A program made the position numbers and the translations under genes. The notes beneath the pieces are model-generated. The model was not told where the DNA came from and made no database searches. It saw nothing but the letters and a program-made list of their open reading frames with translations. From Malacoraja senta (taxonomy: Eukaryota), in the NCBI GenBank assembly GCA_038087875.1, contig CM075991.1, positions 930,001 through 994,000 on the forward strand: a stretch of DNA of 64,000 bases, written 5' to 3'. Shown here one piece after another: positions 49,446-63,729 of the stretch; position 1 is the first letter of the stretch; each line of letters opens with the position of its first letter.

Positions 49446-50924
49446 AAAGGGTTATGAACACTACTGTATCTTAACCATTCATAATCCATTTTATGCTTGC
49501 TTAAACGGGCAGTAAGATTAAAATAAATTCAAAAGATCCAAATTCAGCTGATCACTAATCAAAAGATACGCCACAACTATTCCTCCCACAGATGTTTGTG
49601 TCTTTGGTAAACCGCATTCCATAACAAACTTGATTTCTGCATAATTACTGAAATTCCCCTACATATTCCAAAAACAAGAGCTGATGGCATTGGAATAATA
49701 TTTCCTTTGATCTTTTCTCTATTTCTAGAACAGCAAAGATAGCCGTTTCTATCAGGCATTTCTGTGTCCAAAGATGAATATCCAGCACGGCAACACTTTA
49801 TTCTGTTGTATCACAACCCCCTTCATGAACACCTATTTACAGAATGCATTATTTCCTACACTAAAACCCCACACACTTGTCTGCGTTCCCACATGGTGGA
49901 ACTAACACCCAGCTCTTCCTGATGTCTGCTTATCTTTTGTCTATTCATAGATGTGAACTTCACCAGCAGGGTGGTGGATACCTGCCCCATCAGTTTAGAC
50001 TAGGAGAGGACTAGGACTCTATTGCATGTGTACATGATGGAGGTGCTTTCCAAAACTGTCTTTGAGGAGGGAATTGGGACATGGGGTGCAACTACACTCT
50101 GCAAACATCAGTAGCACAGTGTCTACTAACAGATGGGAAATAGAAAGTTTCCCTATCAAATCTGGAGACAGGCAAGGCTGCCTTCATTCCTACATCCTGG
50201 TTATATGTATTGAGCCTTTTGCCGAAACCATCTGAATCATATTCATCTTATCATGGCACGAGGAGCGACAATCCCAGGGAGCGGAAGCACAAAAGTGAAA
50301 TTCTCACTGTACATGGAAATTGTTGAGACCCATGGTCAATCTGCAAATTGATTAGGATTTGTGACCATCCTGAACTGGCCTTGGGAATCAGAGTCAATCA
50401 CAGCAAGGGTGAGGCCATGTTTCTTGGCAACTGCGTCGCTTCAAAATGGCAGGCAGTGACTTGTGGGGTGCCACAAGGCTCGGTGCTGCAACCGCAGTTG
50501 TTTACAATATATATTGACAATACAGACGAGGGAATCAAATGTAACATCTCTAAGTTTGTGAATGACACAAAGCTGGGTGGCAGTGTGAGCTGCGATGAGG
50601 ATGCTATGAGGCTGCAGGGTGACTTGGATAGATTGGGTCAGTGGGCAGAAGCATGGCAGATGCAGTATAATGTGGATAAATGTGAGGTTATCCACTTTGG
50701 TGGCAAGAACAGAAGGCAGATTATTATGTGTAGGAAAGAACTGCAGATGCTGATTTAAATCGAAGATAGACACATAATGCTGGAGTAACTCAGCGGGTCA
50801 GGCATCATCTCTGGAGAGAAAGAATGGATAACGTTCTGAAGAAGGGTCTCGACCTGAAACGTCACCCATTCCTTCTCTGCAATGCTGCTGCTTGACCTGC
50901 TGAGTTAAAGCAGATTATTATCTC

Positions 50925-52372
50925 TCCCACTTTTCAAGAAAGGAGCGAGAGAGAAAATGGGGAATTACAGACCAGTTAGCCTGACTTCGGTGGTGGGAAA
51001 GATGCTGGAGTCAATTATGAAAGAGGTAATAATGGGGCATTTGGATAGCAGTAAAAGGATTAGTCCAAGTCAACATGGATTTATGAAAGGGAAATCATGC
51101 TTGACTAATCTTCTGGAATTTTTTGAGGATGTGACAAGTAAAATGGATGAAGGGGTGCCAGTGGATGTAGTGTATCTAGACTTTCAGAAAGCCTTTGATA
51201 AGGTCGCGCACGGGAGACTGGTAACTAAAATTAGAGCACATGGTATTGGGGGTATGGTGTTGACATGGATAGAAAATTGGTTGGCAGACCAGAAGCAAAG
51301 AGTAGGAGTGAACGGGTCCTTTTCAGAATTGCAGGCAGTGGCGAGTGGAGTGCCGCAAGGCTCGGTGTTGGGGCCGCAACTGTTTACCATATATATTAAT
51401 GATTTGGAAGAGGGAATTAGGAGCAACACTAGCAAGTTTGCGGATGACACAACGCTGGGTGGCAGTGTGAACTGTGAAGAGGGTGTTAGGAGGTTGCAGG
51501 GTGACCTGGACAGGTTGAGTGAGTGGGCAGATGCGTGGCAGATGCAGTATAATATAGAAAAATGTAAGGTTATCCACTTTGGCGGCAAAAACAAGGAGGC
51601 AGATTATCATCTCAATGGGGTTAGGTTAGGTAAGGGTGAGGTACAGCGAGACCTGGGTGTCCATGTACACCGGTCACTGAAGGTTGGAGTGCAGGTACAG
51701 CAGGCAATGAAGAAAGCTAATGGAATGTTGGCCTTCATCACAAGAGGATTTCAGTATAGGAGTAAAGAGGTTCTTCTGCAGTTGTATAGGGCTCTGGTGA
51801 GACCACATCTGGAGTATTGTGTACAGTTTTGGTCTCCTAATTTGAGGAAGGACATCCTTGTGATTGAGGCAGTGCAGCGTAGGTTCACAAGATTGATCCC
51901 TGGGATGGCGGGACTGTCATATGAGGAAAGATTGAAAAGACTGGGCTTGTATTCACTGGAGTTAAGAAGGATGAGGGGGTTCTTATAGAAACATATAAAA
52001 TTATAAAAGGATTGGACAAGTTAGATGCAGGAAAAATGTTCCCAATGTTGGGCGAGTCCAGAACCAGGGGCCACAGTCTTAGAATAAAGGGGAAGTCATT
52101 TAAGACTGAGGTGAGAAAAAACTTTTTCACCCAGAGAGTTGTGAATTTATGGAATTCCCTGCCACAGAGGGCAGTGGAGGCGAAGTCACTGGATGGATTT
52201 AAGAGAGAGTTAGATAGAGCTCTAGAGGCTAGTGGAGTCAAGGGATATGGGGAGAAGGCAGGCACGGGTTATTGATAGGGGACGATCAGCCATGATCACA
52301 ATGAATGGCGGTGCTGGCTCGAAGGGCCGAATGGCCTCCTCCTGCACCTATTTTCTATGTTTTTATGTTTCT
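50925..52372 (+). mobile_element. Young CR1 RT fragment nested in an older CR1 (~50435-50727 and ~52373-53110)
   Basis: 343-aa ORF with NYRPVSLTS, LDFQKAFDKV, PQGSVLGP and FADD; one frameshift near 51980. Confidence 0.92.
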
Positions 52373-53214
52373 ATGGTGTCAGATTAGGAGAAGGGGAGGT
52401 GCAATGAGACCTGGGTGTGCTTGTACATTAGTCACTGACAGTAAGCATGCAGGTACAGCAGGCAGTGAAGAAAGCCAATGGCATGTTGGCGTTCATTGCG
52501 AAAGGATTTGAGTTTTGGAGCAAGGAGGTTCTACTGCAGTTGTACAGGGCCCTGGTGAGACCGCTCCTGGAGTATTGTGTGCAATTTTGGTCTCCTAATT
52601 TGAGGAAGGGCATTATTGCTATTGAGGAAGTGCAGTGTAGGTTCACCAGGTTAATTCCCGGGATGGCGGGACTGACATATGATGAAAGAATTGGTTGAGT
52701 GGGCTTGTATTCGCAGGAATTTAGAAGGATGAGAGGAAATCTTATAGAAACATATTCAATTCTTACAGGCTTGGACAAGGTAAATGCAGTAAAAATGTTC
52801 CCGATGTTGGGGGAGTCCAGAACCAGGGGTCACAGTTTAAGAATAAGGGGTAGGCCATTTAGGACTGAGATGAGGAAAAACATTTTCACCCAGAGAGTTA
52901 TGAATCTGTGGGCAGATGGCAGTGGAGGCCAATTCACTGGATGTTTTCAAGAGAGAGTTAGATTTAGCTCTTAGGGCTATAGGAATCAAGGGATATGGGG
53001 AAAAAGCCGGAACAGGGTACCGATTTTGGGTGTTCAGCCATGATCATATTGAATGGGGGTGCTGGCTCGTAGGGCCGAATGGCCGACTCCTGCACCTATT
53101 TTCTATGTTTCACCCTCAGGTTGGAAACCTGAAGCCGACGGATGCGGCAGGAATTGGCTGGAGTGAATAGCTGAGGTGAAAACAACAATTGGTAACATGA
53201 AGAATCACGAATCG

Positions 53215-56180
53215 ACTTCAGAACATCCTCGAGAGGGAAGGTGAACAGCCGGCAGTAGTTGTGTACGTGGGCACGAACGACATCGGGAAGAAGAGGAAGG
53301 AGGTTCTGCAACGTGAGTTTAGAGAGTTAGGAAGAAGACTGAAAAGCAGGACTTCTAGGGTGGTTATCTCTGGATTGCTTCCAGTACCTCGTGCTAGTGA
53401 GGGCAGGAACACGGAGATAGGGGATCTGAATGTGTGGCTGGGGGGCTGGAGCAGGGAGCAAGGATTTAGATTTATAGACCACTGGGATCTCTTCGGGGGT
53501 AGGGGTGACCTGTACAAAAGGGACGGGTTACACCTTAACTGGAGGGGGACCGACATTCTGGCAGACAGGTTTGCTAGTGCTACACGTGTGGGTTTAAACA
53601 AAATAGTGGGGGGGAGGGATTAACAAATTGGGAGTATAAAGATGTAGTTAAAGGGAAAGTGAGTACAGGAAAAGTTACAAAAGACTCCCAAATTATTGGG
53701 AAGGAAAGTTCGAGAAGGGATAAGAGAGTAAGGTCAGGGCCAATAATGAAAGGGTAGGTGAATACCGAAAGTTAAAGTGCTGTATATGAATGCGTGAAGT
53801 ATAAGAAATAAAGTGGACGAGCTTGAGGCTCAGTTAGAAATTGGGCAAGTATCATGTTGTGGGAATTACAGAGACATGGCTGCAAGAGGACCAGGGCTGG
53901 GAACTGAATATTCAGGGATATACGTCCTATCGAAAAGACATACAGGTGGGCAGAGGAGATGGGGTAGCTCTGTTGGTGAGAAATGATATTCGGTCCCTTG
54001 CGAGGGGTGACATAGAAACAGGAGATGTAGAGTCAGTATGGATAGAACTGAGGAATTGTACCGGTAAAAAGACCCAAATGGGAGTTATCTGCAGGCCCCC
54101 AAACAGTAGCCTGGAGAAAGGGTGCAAGTTGAATCAAGAGTTAAAATTGGCATGTCATAAATGTAATGCTATGGTTGTTATGGGAGATTTCAACATGCAG
54201 GTAGACTGGGATAATCAGGTTGGTGTTGGACCCCAAGAAAGGGAGTTTGTGGAGTGCCTCCATGATGGATTCTTAGAGCAGCTTGTACTGGAGCCTTCCA
54301 CGGAGAAGGCAATTCTGGATTTAATGTTGTGTAATGAACCGGATTTGATCAGGGAACTCGAGCTAAAGGAGCCATTAGGAAGTAGTGACCATAATTTGAT
54401 GTTTTAATCTACAATTTGAAAGGTAGAAGGGTAGAGCGGAGGTGTTAGTATTACAGTTTGACAAACGGGACTATAGAACCATGAGGGAGGAGCTGGCCAA
54501 AGTTCACTGGAAGGATACCCTAGCAGGGATGACAGTGGAACAACAATGGCAGGTATTTCTGGGAATAATAGAGAAGGTGCAGGATCAGTTCCATATAACC
54601 ATATAACCATATACTGTATGGTTCATTCCAAAGAGGAAGAAAGATTCCAAGGGGAGAAAGGGGCAACCGTGGCTGACCAGGGAAGTCAGGGACAGTATAA
54701 AAATAAAAGAGATGAAGTATAACATAGCAGAGGTGAGCAGGAAGCCAGAGGATTGGGAAACTTTTAAAGAACAACAGAAGATAACTAAAAAGGTAATACG
54801 GGGAGAAAAGATGAGGTAAGCTAGCCAAGAATCTTTTCCTCTTCAAATACCAAAAGAAGCTTTTACTAACCTCCTTTTGGTATTTGAAGAGGAAAAAATT
54901 AGTTAAGACCAAAGTGGGACCATTTGAGACTGAAAAAGGTGAATTTATTATGGGGAACAAGGAAATGGCAGACGAGTTGAACAGGTACTTTGGATCCGTC
55001 TTCACGAAGGAAGACACAAACAATCTCCCTACTGTACGTGAGATTAGTGGGCAAAATTAGGGCACATGGTATTGGGGGTAGAGTGCTGACATGGATAGAA
55101 AATTGGTTGGCAGACAGAAAACAAAGAGTAGGGATTAATGGGTCCCTTTCAGAATGGCAGGCAGTGGCTAGTGAGGTACCACAAGGCTCGGTGCTGGGAC
55201 CGCAGCTATTTACAATATATATTAATGATGAAGGGATTACAAGCAACATTAGCAAATTTGCAGATGACACAAAACTGGGAGGCAGTGTGAACTGTGAGGA
55301 GGATGCTATGAGGATGCAGGGTGACTTGGACATGTTGGGGAGTGGGCAGATGCATGGCAGATGCAGTTTAATGTGGATAATTGTGAGGTTATCCACTTTG
55401 GTAGGAAAACAGGAAGGCAGATTACTATCTAAATGGCGTCAAGTTGGGAAAAGGGGAAGTACAACGGGATCTAGGGGTCCTTTTTCATCAGTCAATGAAA
55501 GTAAGCATGCAGGCACAGCAGGCAGTGAAGAAAGCGAATGACATGTTGGCCTTTATAACAAGAGGAGTTGAGTATAGGAGCAAAGAGGTCCTTCTGCAGT
55601 TGTACAGGGCCCTCGTGAGACCACACATGGAGTATTGTGTGCACTTTTGGTCTCCAAATTTGAGGAAGGACATTATTGCTATTGAGGGAGTACAGCGTAG
55701 GTTCACCAGGTTAATTCCCGGGATGGTGGGACAGTCATATGCTGAGAGAATGGAGCGGCTGGGCTTGTATACTTTGGAATTTAGAAGGATGAGAGGGCAT
55801 CTTATTGAAACATATAAGATTATTAAGGGTTTGGACACGCTAGAGGCAGGAAACATGTTCCTGGTGTTGGGGGAGTCCAGAACCAGGGGCCACAGTTTAA
55901 GAATATGGGGTAAGCCATTTAGAACGGAGATGAGAAAACACTTTTTCTCACAGAGAGTTGTGAATCTGTAGAATTCTCTGCATCAGAGGGCGGTGAAGGC
56001 CGGTTCTCTGGATACTTTCAAGAGAGAGCTAGATAGGGCTCTTAAAGATAGCGGAGTCAGGGGATATGGGGAGAAGGCAGGAACGGGGTACTGATTGGGG
56101 ATGATCAGCCATGATCACATTGAATGGCGGTGCTGGCTCGAAGGGCCGAATGGCCTACTCCTGCACCTATTGTCTATTGT
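53215..56180 (+). mobile_element. Decayed CR1 retaining ORF1 SGNH-esterase, endonuclease and RT segments, with an internal deletion near 55030
   Basis: VGTNDI...SGLLP...DGLHLN (53261-53623); GITETWL, MGDFN, LGSSDHN; FADDTKL; (ctattgt) tail. Confidence 0.9.
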
Positions 56181-57046
56181 AATGGCAGACAAGATGTGCT
56201 CTCAGTATTGTTGTATATGGCATAGGAATGGGCTAAAGTCATTTCCTGCGCTACAACTGTCGCCCGAGCTATCCGGAGATGCAGGATGGATTGCATCCAT
56301 TGGGACAGGATGTATAAGTTTCCGCAGTAAGGGATGGAGAGCACAACCAAAATACCCACATCAAGATGGCCATCTTTGAGTCTGAATAAAGGTCCCTCCA
56401 CAAATGCTACGTGACCTGCTGAGTTCCTTCAGCGTTTTGTTTTTTGCTCAAGATTCTAGCTTCTGCAGTCTCTTGTGTCAGCCACCTATGTGAGTAGGAG
56501 CAACAAGCTGTCCTTATAGCCTGAGTTCATAAATGTTGAGGTTTTATCCATCCGTGGTGTTGCAAAGGATGGATTGACCTCGTTGATCTGCAACAATTTG
56601 CACCTCGATCCATCACCTGTCTGCCTTACAAATTAAAGATAGACACAAAATTCTGGAGTAACTCAGCGGGACAGGCAGCATCTCTGGAGAGAAGGAATGG
56701 GTGACGCTTAGGTTCAAGACCCTTCTTACAAATTAGTCGGCGCAAAAATACTTTGTTTTTCAAGTCAATCAGGCAGTCATCTGCCTGGGATGCTCTGTTG
56801 CCCTGCGTGAGAAGGATGGTGTGCGATAGTTCCGGGCACAGACCATCACAGTCTTTTGACAGAATAGCTCATCATCAGAACTCTCATGCAAGCACGAAAA
56901 AGCCACGTAACTATGGTAAGAGGTGACCTCCCCGTTAGATCCTTCATACACAGTTGAAACCTCAATTCCACCCTGATTGCTGTGCGTACAGAACAGTTAC
57001 CACCTCAATGTGGAATGTGCATTTGCCAATGGGGTCTGGAAAGGGA

Positions 57047-57716
57047 TAGAAACATAGAAACATAGAAAATAGGTGCAGGAGGAGGCCATTCGGCCCTTCG
57101 AGCCAGCACCGCCATTCATTGTGATCATGGCTGATCGTCCCCTATCAATAACCCGTGCCTGCCTTCTCCCCATCTCCCTTGACTCCACTAGCCCCCAAGA
57201 GCTCTATCTAATTCTCTCTTAAATCCATCCAGTGACTTGGCCTCCACTGCCCTCTGTGGCAGGGAATCCCATAAATTCACAACTCTCTGGGTGAAAAAGT
57301 TTGTTCTCACCTCAGTCTTAAATGACCTCCCCTTTATTCTAAGACTGTGGCCCCTGGTTCTGGACTCGCCCAACATTGGGAACATTTTTCCTGCATCTAG
57401 CTTGTCCAGTCCTTTTATAATTTTATATGTTTCTATAAGATCCCCCTCATCCTTCTAAACTCCAGTGAATACAAGCCTAGTCTTTTCAATCTTTCCTCAT
57501 ATGACAGTCCCGCCATCCCAGGGATCAAGCTCGTGAACCTACGCTGCACTGCCTCAATCACAAGGATGTCCTTCCTCAAATTAGGAGACCAAAACTGTAC
57601 ACAATACTCCAGATGTGGTCTCATGAGAGCCCTATACAACTGCAGAAGAACCTCTTTACTCCTATACTGAAATCCTCTTGTTATGAAGGCCAACATTCCA
57701 TTAGCTTTCTTCACTG
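57047..57716 (-). mobile_element. CR1 3' fragment, same subfamily as 50925-52372
   Basis: VKKANGMLAFITRGFQYRSKEVLL...; (ttctatgt)n tail. Confidence 0.9.
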
Positions 57717-58835
57717 AAATTGCAAGGATGCAATTATCCTTGTAGTTTGTCACAGGCCTCTGTGCTGTGATGAACATCGACTGCTGCTGGAAGATCAACG
57801 ATTCAGTGAAAGATGAACTTTGGTCTGACTGAAACATGTTGGTTCCAGTGCAAGGAGATGTCTGCAAGAGGATGCTGCTGACTGGCACATTCCACGTGCA
57901 GTAGTACGTGCTGAAGGATGCACTGAAGCTCCGTACAGCCACCACAAAGCCTCTTTACACACATGGAACTTCGAGTGATGTCCGTAAGAGAAGAAAATGG
58001 GCAACTGTGTGGCACAGCCGGTGGAGCTGCTGCCTCACTGCACTGGAGATCTGGGTTCGATCCTGACCTCTGTCCTGTCTCTGTGGGGTTTGCATATTCT
58101 CCCAGTGACAGTGTGGGTTTCCAGGTGGTCCAGTTTAACTTCCACATCCCCTGGCAATACAGGTTGGTAGGTTGATTCATCTCTGTCAAATGGCCCCTCA
58201 TGTCTAGGGAATGGGATAACATAGAACTAGTGTGAATGGGTGATCAATGGTCAGTGCGGACCCGGTGGGCTGAAGAGCCTATTTCCATGCTGCATCTCGA
58301 AACTCGAAAATCAGAGCAGAGTAGACTACCCACTCCTCATACACCATTCAATACAATCATGGTTGATCTGCCCCATGCCTCACCTCATCTGTGCCAGTTC
58401 CCATAGTCCTCAACTCCCTGATCTTTCAAACGTTAACCACCTCCTCGTCAATTACCCACAATGATCCAGTCCCAACTTCCCTCTCGGCTACACAATCCCA
58501 AAGATTCACCATACTCTGCATGGAGAAATTTCTCATCCTCTCAGTCCGGATTCTGAGAGGCTGACCGTGGTTCTGGACATAACATCCAGCATGGTGAACC
58601 CAGTATGTATTTTGTATGTTAAATTGTTCTAAACTCTGGAGAATACAGGCTTCTTCTGCTCAATCTCTCATAGAGCAAACCCCAGGAAGCTGTTGCATTA
58701 GATAATCTTTCCACAATGGGTGCATAGTAAAAAGCTTGCTTCTATGCTTCACACAAAGTGGAATGGCTCAATGCACAACTGAAGCAGCACAAGCAGAACT
58801 ACTTTCACCAGGAGGTGCGTTAGAAAACTGACTTA

Positions 58836-59114
<279 letters not shown>

Positions 59115-59566
59115 TCAAACATTGCCTATCCATGTCCTCCAGACATGCTGCCTGACCTGCTGAGTTACTCCAGTACTTTATGGTCCACGCAAGATTTCAG
59201 AATCTGCAGTTTCTTACATCCTCATTATTTAGAATCATAGAGTCATACAGCACGGAAACCCTTGAAGCCATTCGGTTCAATGATGCCCCATCTAAGCTAG
59301 ATCCGTTTGCCCACATTTGGTCCATATCCCTATAAATCTTTCCTATCCAGGTACTGTCCATGTGTCTTCTAACTGTTGTTATTGTATCTGCCTCAATTAC
59401 TTCCTCATTCCATATACACGCCACCCTCTGAGTGAAAAGTTAGCCCCTCAGGTTTCTATTAAATCTTGCCCCTCTCACCTTAAACCTATGTCCTCTGGTT
59501 CTTGATTCCCCTACCCTGGATAAATAACACAATGCATTCACCCTATTAATTCCACTCATGATTTTA

Positions 59567-60874
59567 TCTATCTATATCTATATATTACTAAAACTCTAAT
59601 CTCGTTTATTTGTGAGTGCGCGTGCGTGTGTGTCTGTGATTCATGCCCTGAATTACGCCGAAACGGTACACGATAGCGCTACAATTTTTGGACCACCTTA
59701 CTCACTGTTCTGTGATCTCGTTTTGTTCAGATTGATGTTGTATTTTACAAGTTATTCACATTTTTAACTTTACAAAACTCCACTTTGAAAAAAATCTTTC
59801 ATCTGCACTGGCAGTTAGCAGCTACGATGTCACAATGAGATCTAATTTACATAAACTGCCCCTCACCTGCGTTCCACTGGCAGTTAGCAGAGTGACGTCA
59901 CAATGGGATCTCATTTACGTAAACTGCCCGTCAACAGTGCAATGAGAGATTTGTTACATTGTTGTAAGGAGAGGGAGGGAGTAGGGGAGGGGAGGAGGAG
60001 AAATGTTATTGAAACATTGTGTTTAGTTGGGGAGTGGGATAGGGGAGAGGTGAGGAGCGGGGGAGCAGGGAGATAGAGGGAGATGAGGGGGGTAGGGAGG
60101 GGAGAGAGGTTATGGAGGGAGGGAGGGAGTGACTGAGGGTAGGGGAAAGAGGGAAGGAGAGGTGAGGGAGGGAGTGGAGGAGGGGAGGAGAGGGGAGATA
60201 AGAGGGAGGGTGAAGAGGAGGGGGTGGGAGTATGGGGGATGAGGGGGAATGGAGGAGGATAGGGTAGGAAGAGGGATGGCGAGGCGCAGTTAGGGAGGGT
60301 TGCCATGACTCGCGTCACAACGGGGATCTCTGGCATCACAACAGGAACCTGTCAGCCGCACCTGCGCAGTTGGGGGCGATGGATGAGTGGTGGAATATTG
60401 CGTTTGGGGACCAGCCCTCCCATGTGACAGGGACCCAACGGGTCCCACTTGGTCTAGTGGATACAAGATACATACTCTCACCTTGTATGTATATATATTT
60501 GTTTGTATATATATGTTCCCAAAATACAGCCAAAACGGTACACGATAGCACTTCAATTTTACTCACCATTCGCCTGGGGTGTGCAGTAGCAAGTTTTGTT
60601 CCATTTGACAAAGTAATTCCCAAGTTATTCCCTTAATAAAGTTTTATTTTATTTTTACCGTTAACTGCGCTCCCACTTGACGGCCCCGTCAGCCGCGCCT
60701 GCGCAGTTGGGGGAAGGTTTAACTGTCAACGGCACAAATTTGAACGCGGCAGTCGCGCCTGTGCAGTTGGGGGAGGCTTGCCGGGCCGGGATCGCCATTT
60801 TCACTGAACATTGTCTCGTGTATGGGTGAGTGGTGGAATATTGCATTGGGGGAGCGGGTCCACGCTTGGTCTAG
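59567..60874 (+). mobile_element. Tandem non-autonomous Helitrons inserted at an A|T site in a minus-strand CR1
   Basis: 5' TC start; hairpin GGGACCC-AAC-GGGTCCC at 60430-60446, then CTAG at 60454-60457; a second CTAG end at 60871-60874; the host rejoins as atttta|tacac with no TSD. Confidence 0.8.
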
Positions 60875-61749
60875 TACACTATAAAATCACCCCTTTCTAT
60901 CCTGCGCTCCAAGGTATCAATTCCTAGCTTGTCCAATCTCTCCCAATGGCTCAAGCCCTTGAGTCTTGGCATCATCACTGCGTTCTTTTCAGCTTAATGA
61001 CACCCTTCCTATAGCAAGGTAACCAAAACTGAACACAATACTCCAAATGCAGCCTTACCAATGTTTTGTACCACTTAATATGTCCTAACTTCTATACTCA
61101 ATATCCTGAACGATGAAGACCAATGAAGCAAAAGCCTTCTTTGCAACCCAATCTACCTGTGATGCCACTTTCAGAATATGTGCATCTGTACTCCTAAATC
61201 CCTCTTCTCTACAACATTCCCCAGGGGCCTACCATTCACTGTGAAGACTTCCCTGGTTTGACTTTCCAGAATGAAACACCTCACAATTATCAGCATTGAA
61301 ATCCATTAGCCATTCTTCAGCCCACTTGCCCAGCTGATCAAGCTCATGCAGTAATTTTTGATATCCCTCTTCACTGTCTATGATACCACCAACTTTGGTC
61401 TCAGCTGCAAACTTACTAATCATGCCTTTTCCATTCTCATCTAAATCGTTGATATAACCAATAAAGAGCAATGGTCTCAGCACCAATCTCTGAGGCACAC
61501 CACTAGTCATAGAACTCCAGTCAGAAAACAACCTTCCACCCTCTGCTTCCTTCCATGAAGCTATTTCTGCATCCAGGTAACTAGCTCTCCCTGGATGAAC
61601 TGCGATCTAACCTTCCAGAGCACCATGTGAAATCTTATCAAAGGCCTAGCTGAAGTCCATAGAGACAACACCCATAGCATCAACCTTCTTGGTTACTTCT
61701 TCAAAAAGCTCAATCAAATTTGCAAGGCATGATCTCCCAAGTACAAAAT

Positions 61750-63187
61750 CAATTATAGACCTGTTAGTTTGACGTCAGTGGTGGGCAAATTAATGGAAAG
61801 GATACTTAAAGATAATATATATAAGCATCTGGATAAGCAGGGTCTGATTAGGAACAGTCAACATGGATTTGTGCCTGGAAGGTCATGCTTGACTAATCTT
61901 CTTGAATTTTTCGAAGAGGTTACTAGGGAAATTGATGAGGGTAAAGCAGTGGATGTTGTCTATATGGACTTCAGTAAGGCCTTTGACAAGGTTCCTCATG
62001 GAAGGTTGGTTAAGAAGATTCAATTGTTGGGTATTAATGGTGGAGTAGCAAGATGGATTCAACAGTGGCTGAATGGGAGATGCCAGAGAGTAATGGTGGA
62101 TGGCTGTTTGTCAGGTTGGAGGCTGGTGACTAGTGGGGTGCCTCAGGGGTCTGTGTTGGGTCCACTGTTGTTTGTCATGTACATCAATGATCTGGATGAT
62201 GGTGTGGAAAATTGGATTAGTAAGTATGCAGATGATACTAAGATAGGTGGTGTTGTGGATAATGAAGTAGATTTTCAAAGTCTACAGAGAGATTTAGGCC
62301 ATTTGGAAGAGTGGGCTGAAAGATGGCAGATGGAGTTTAATGCTGACAAATGTGAGGTGCTACATCTCGGCAGGACAAATCAAAATAGGACGTACACGGT
62401 AAATGGTAGCGAATTGAGGAATGCAGTTGAACAGAGGGATCTAGGAATAACTGTGCATAGTTCCCTGAAGGTGGAATCTCATGTAGATAGGGTGGTAAAG
62501 AAAGCTTTTGGTGTGCTGGCCTTTATAAATCAGAGCATTGAATATAGAAGTTGGGATGTAATGTTAAAATTGTACAAGGCATTGGTGAGGCCAATTCTGG
62601 AGTATGGAGTACAATTTTGGTCGCCTAATTATAGGAAGGATGTCAACAAAATAGAGAGAGTACAGAGGAGATTTACTAGAATGTTGCCTGGGTTTCAGCA
62701 ACTAAGTTACAGAGAAAGGTTGAACAAGTTAGGTCTTTATTCTTTGGAGCGCAGAAGGTTAAGAGGGGACTTGATAGAGGTCTTTAAAATTATGAGCGGG
62801 TTAGACAGAGTGGACGTGGATAAGCTTTTCCCATTGAGAGTAGGGAAGATTCAAACAAGGGGACATGACTTGAGAATTAAGGGACAGAAGTTTAGGGGGA
62901 ACATTAGGGGGAACTTCTTTACTCAGAGAGTGGTAGCTGTGTGGAATGAGCTTCCAGTGGAAGTGGTGGAGGCAGGTTCGATGTTATCCTTTAAAAATAG
63001 ATTGGATGGGTATATGGACGGGAAAGGAATGGAGGGTTATGGTCTGAGTGCAGGTAGATGGGACTAGGGGGAAGTATTTTATTTTTAATTTAAAAAATAA
63101 AAAATAAAAATTAAATGTTCGGCACGGACTTGAAGGGCCGAGATGGCCTGTTTCCGTGCTGTTATGGTTATATGGTTATATGGTTAT
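61750..63187 (+). mobile_element. Young 5'-truncated CR1 with an uninterrupted 432-aa RT frame, nested in an older minus-strand CR1 (~60880-61750 and ~63190-63660)
   Basis: YMDFSKAFDKV, PQGSVLGP and YADDTK, open to the native stop; (tatggtta)n tail. Confidence 0.93.
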
Positions 63188-63729
63188 GTTGACTATCCCT
63201 GATAGCTTTTGTCTATACAAATGTATATATATATATCTTATCCCTCAGAATCTCTCCAGTAACTTACCTACCACAGATATTGGGCTCACTGATCTATAGT
63301 TCACAGCTTTTTTCCTCTCAACCTTTCTTACATAGAGGCACAACATTAACCACCTTGCAGTCTTCCGGCAGCTCATTCATGTCAAATGATGATTCATTTA
63401 TCTCAGCCAGGGCTCCTGCAATTTCTTCTCTAGCTTCCCACAGTGTCCTCCAATATATTTGATCAGGTTTGGGAGATTTATGGGAAAGTGGCTTCATGTG
63501 CCATAGGATGTGCAGCATCTCCTTGACTGCAACATGGACTGTCCTCAAGACATCTACACTAACTGTCCCAAGTTTCTCAATCTTCATGTCTTTCTCCAAG
63601 GTAAAAACAGAGGGGAAATACTCATTGATGATCTTGCTCATCTTGCTCATCCAGCTCCTCACATAGATGATCGCCTTGGTTCATCTATGGTTGGTTCATC
63701 TCACATCATCTCACTACCGCTCTGTCCCT

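Noticed and set aside
53261..53623. Stand-alone SGNH/GDSL esterase gene
   Set aside because: It lies directly upstream of a CR1 endonuclease; the esterase is a known CR1 ORF1 domain.
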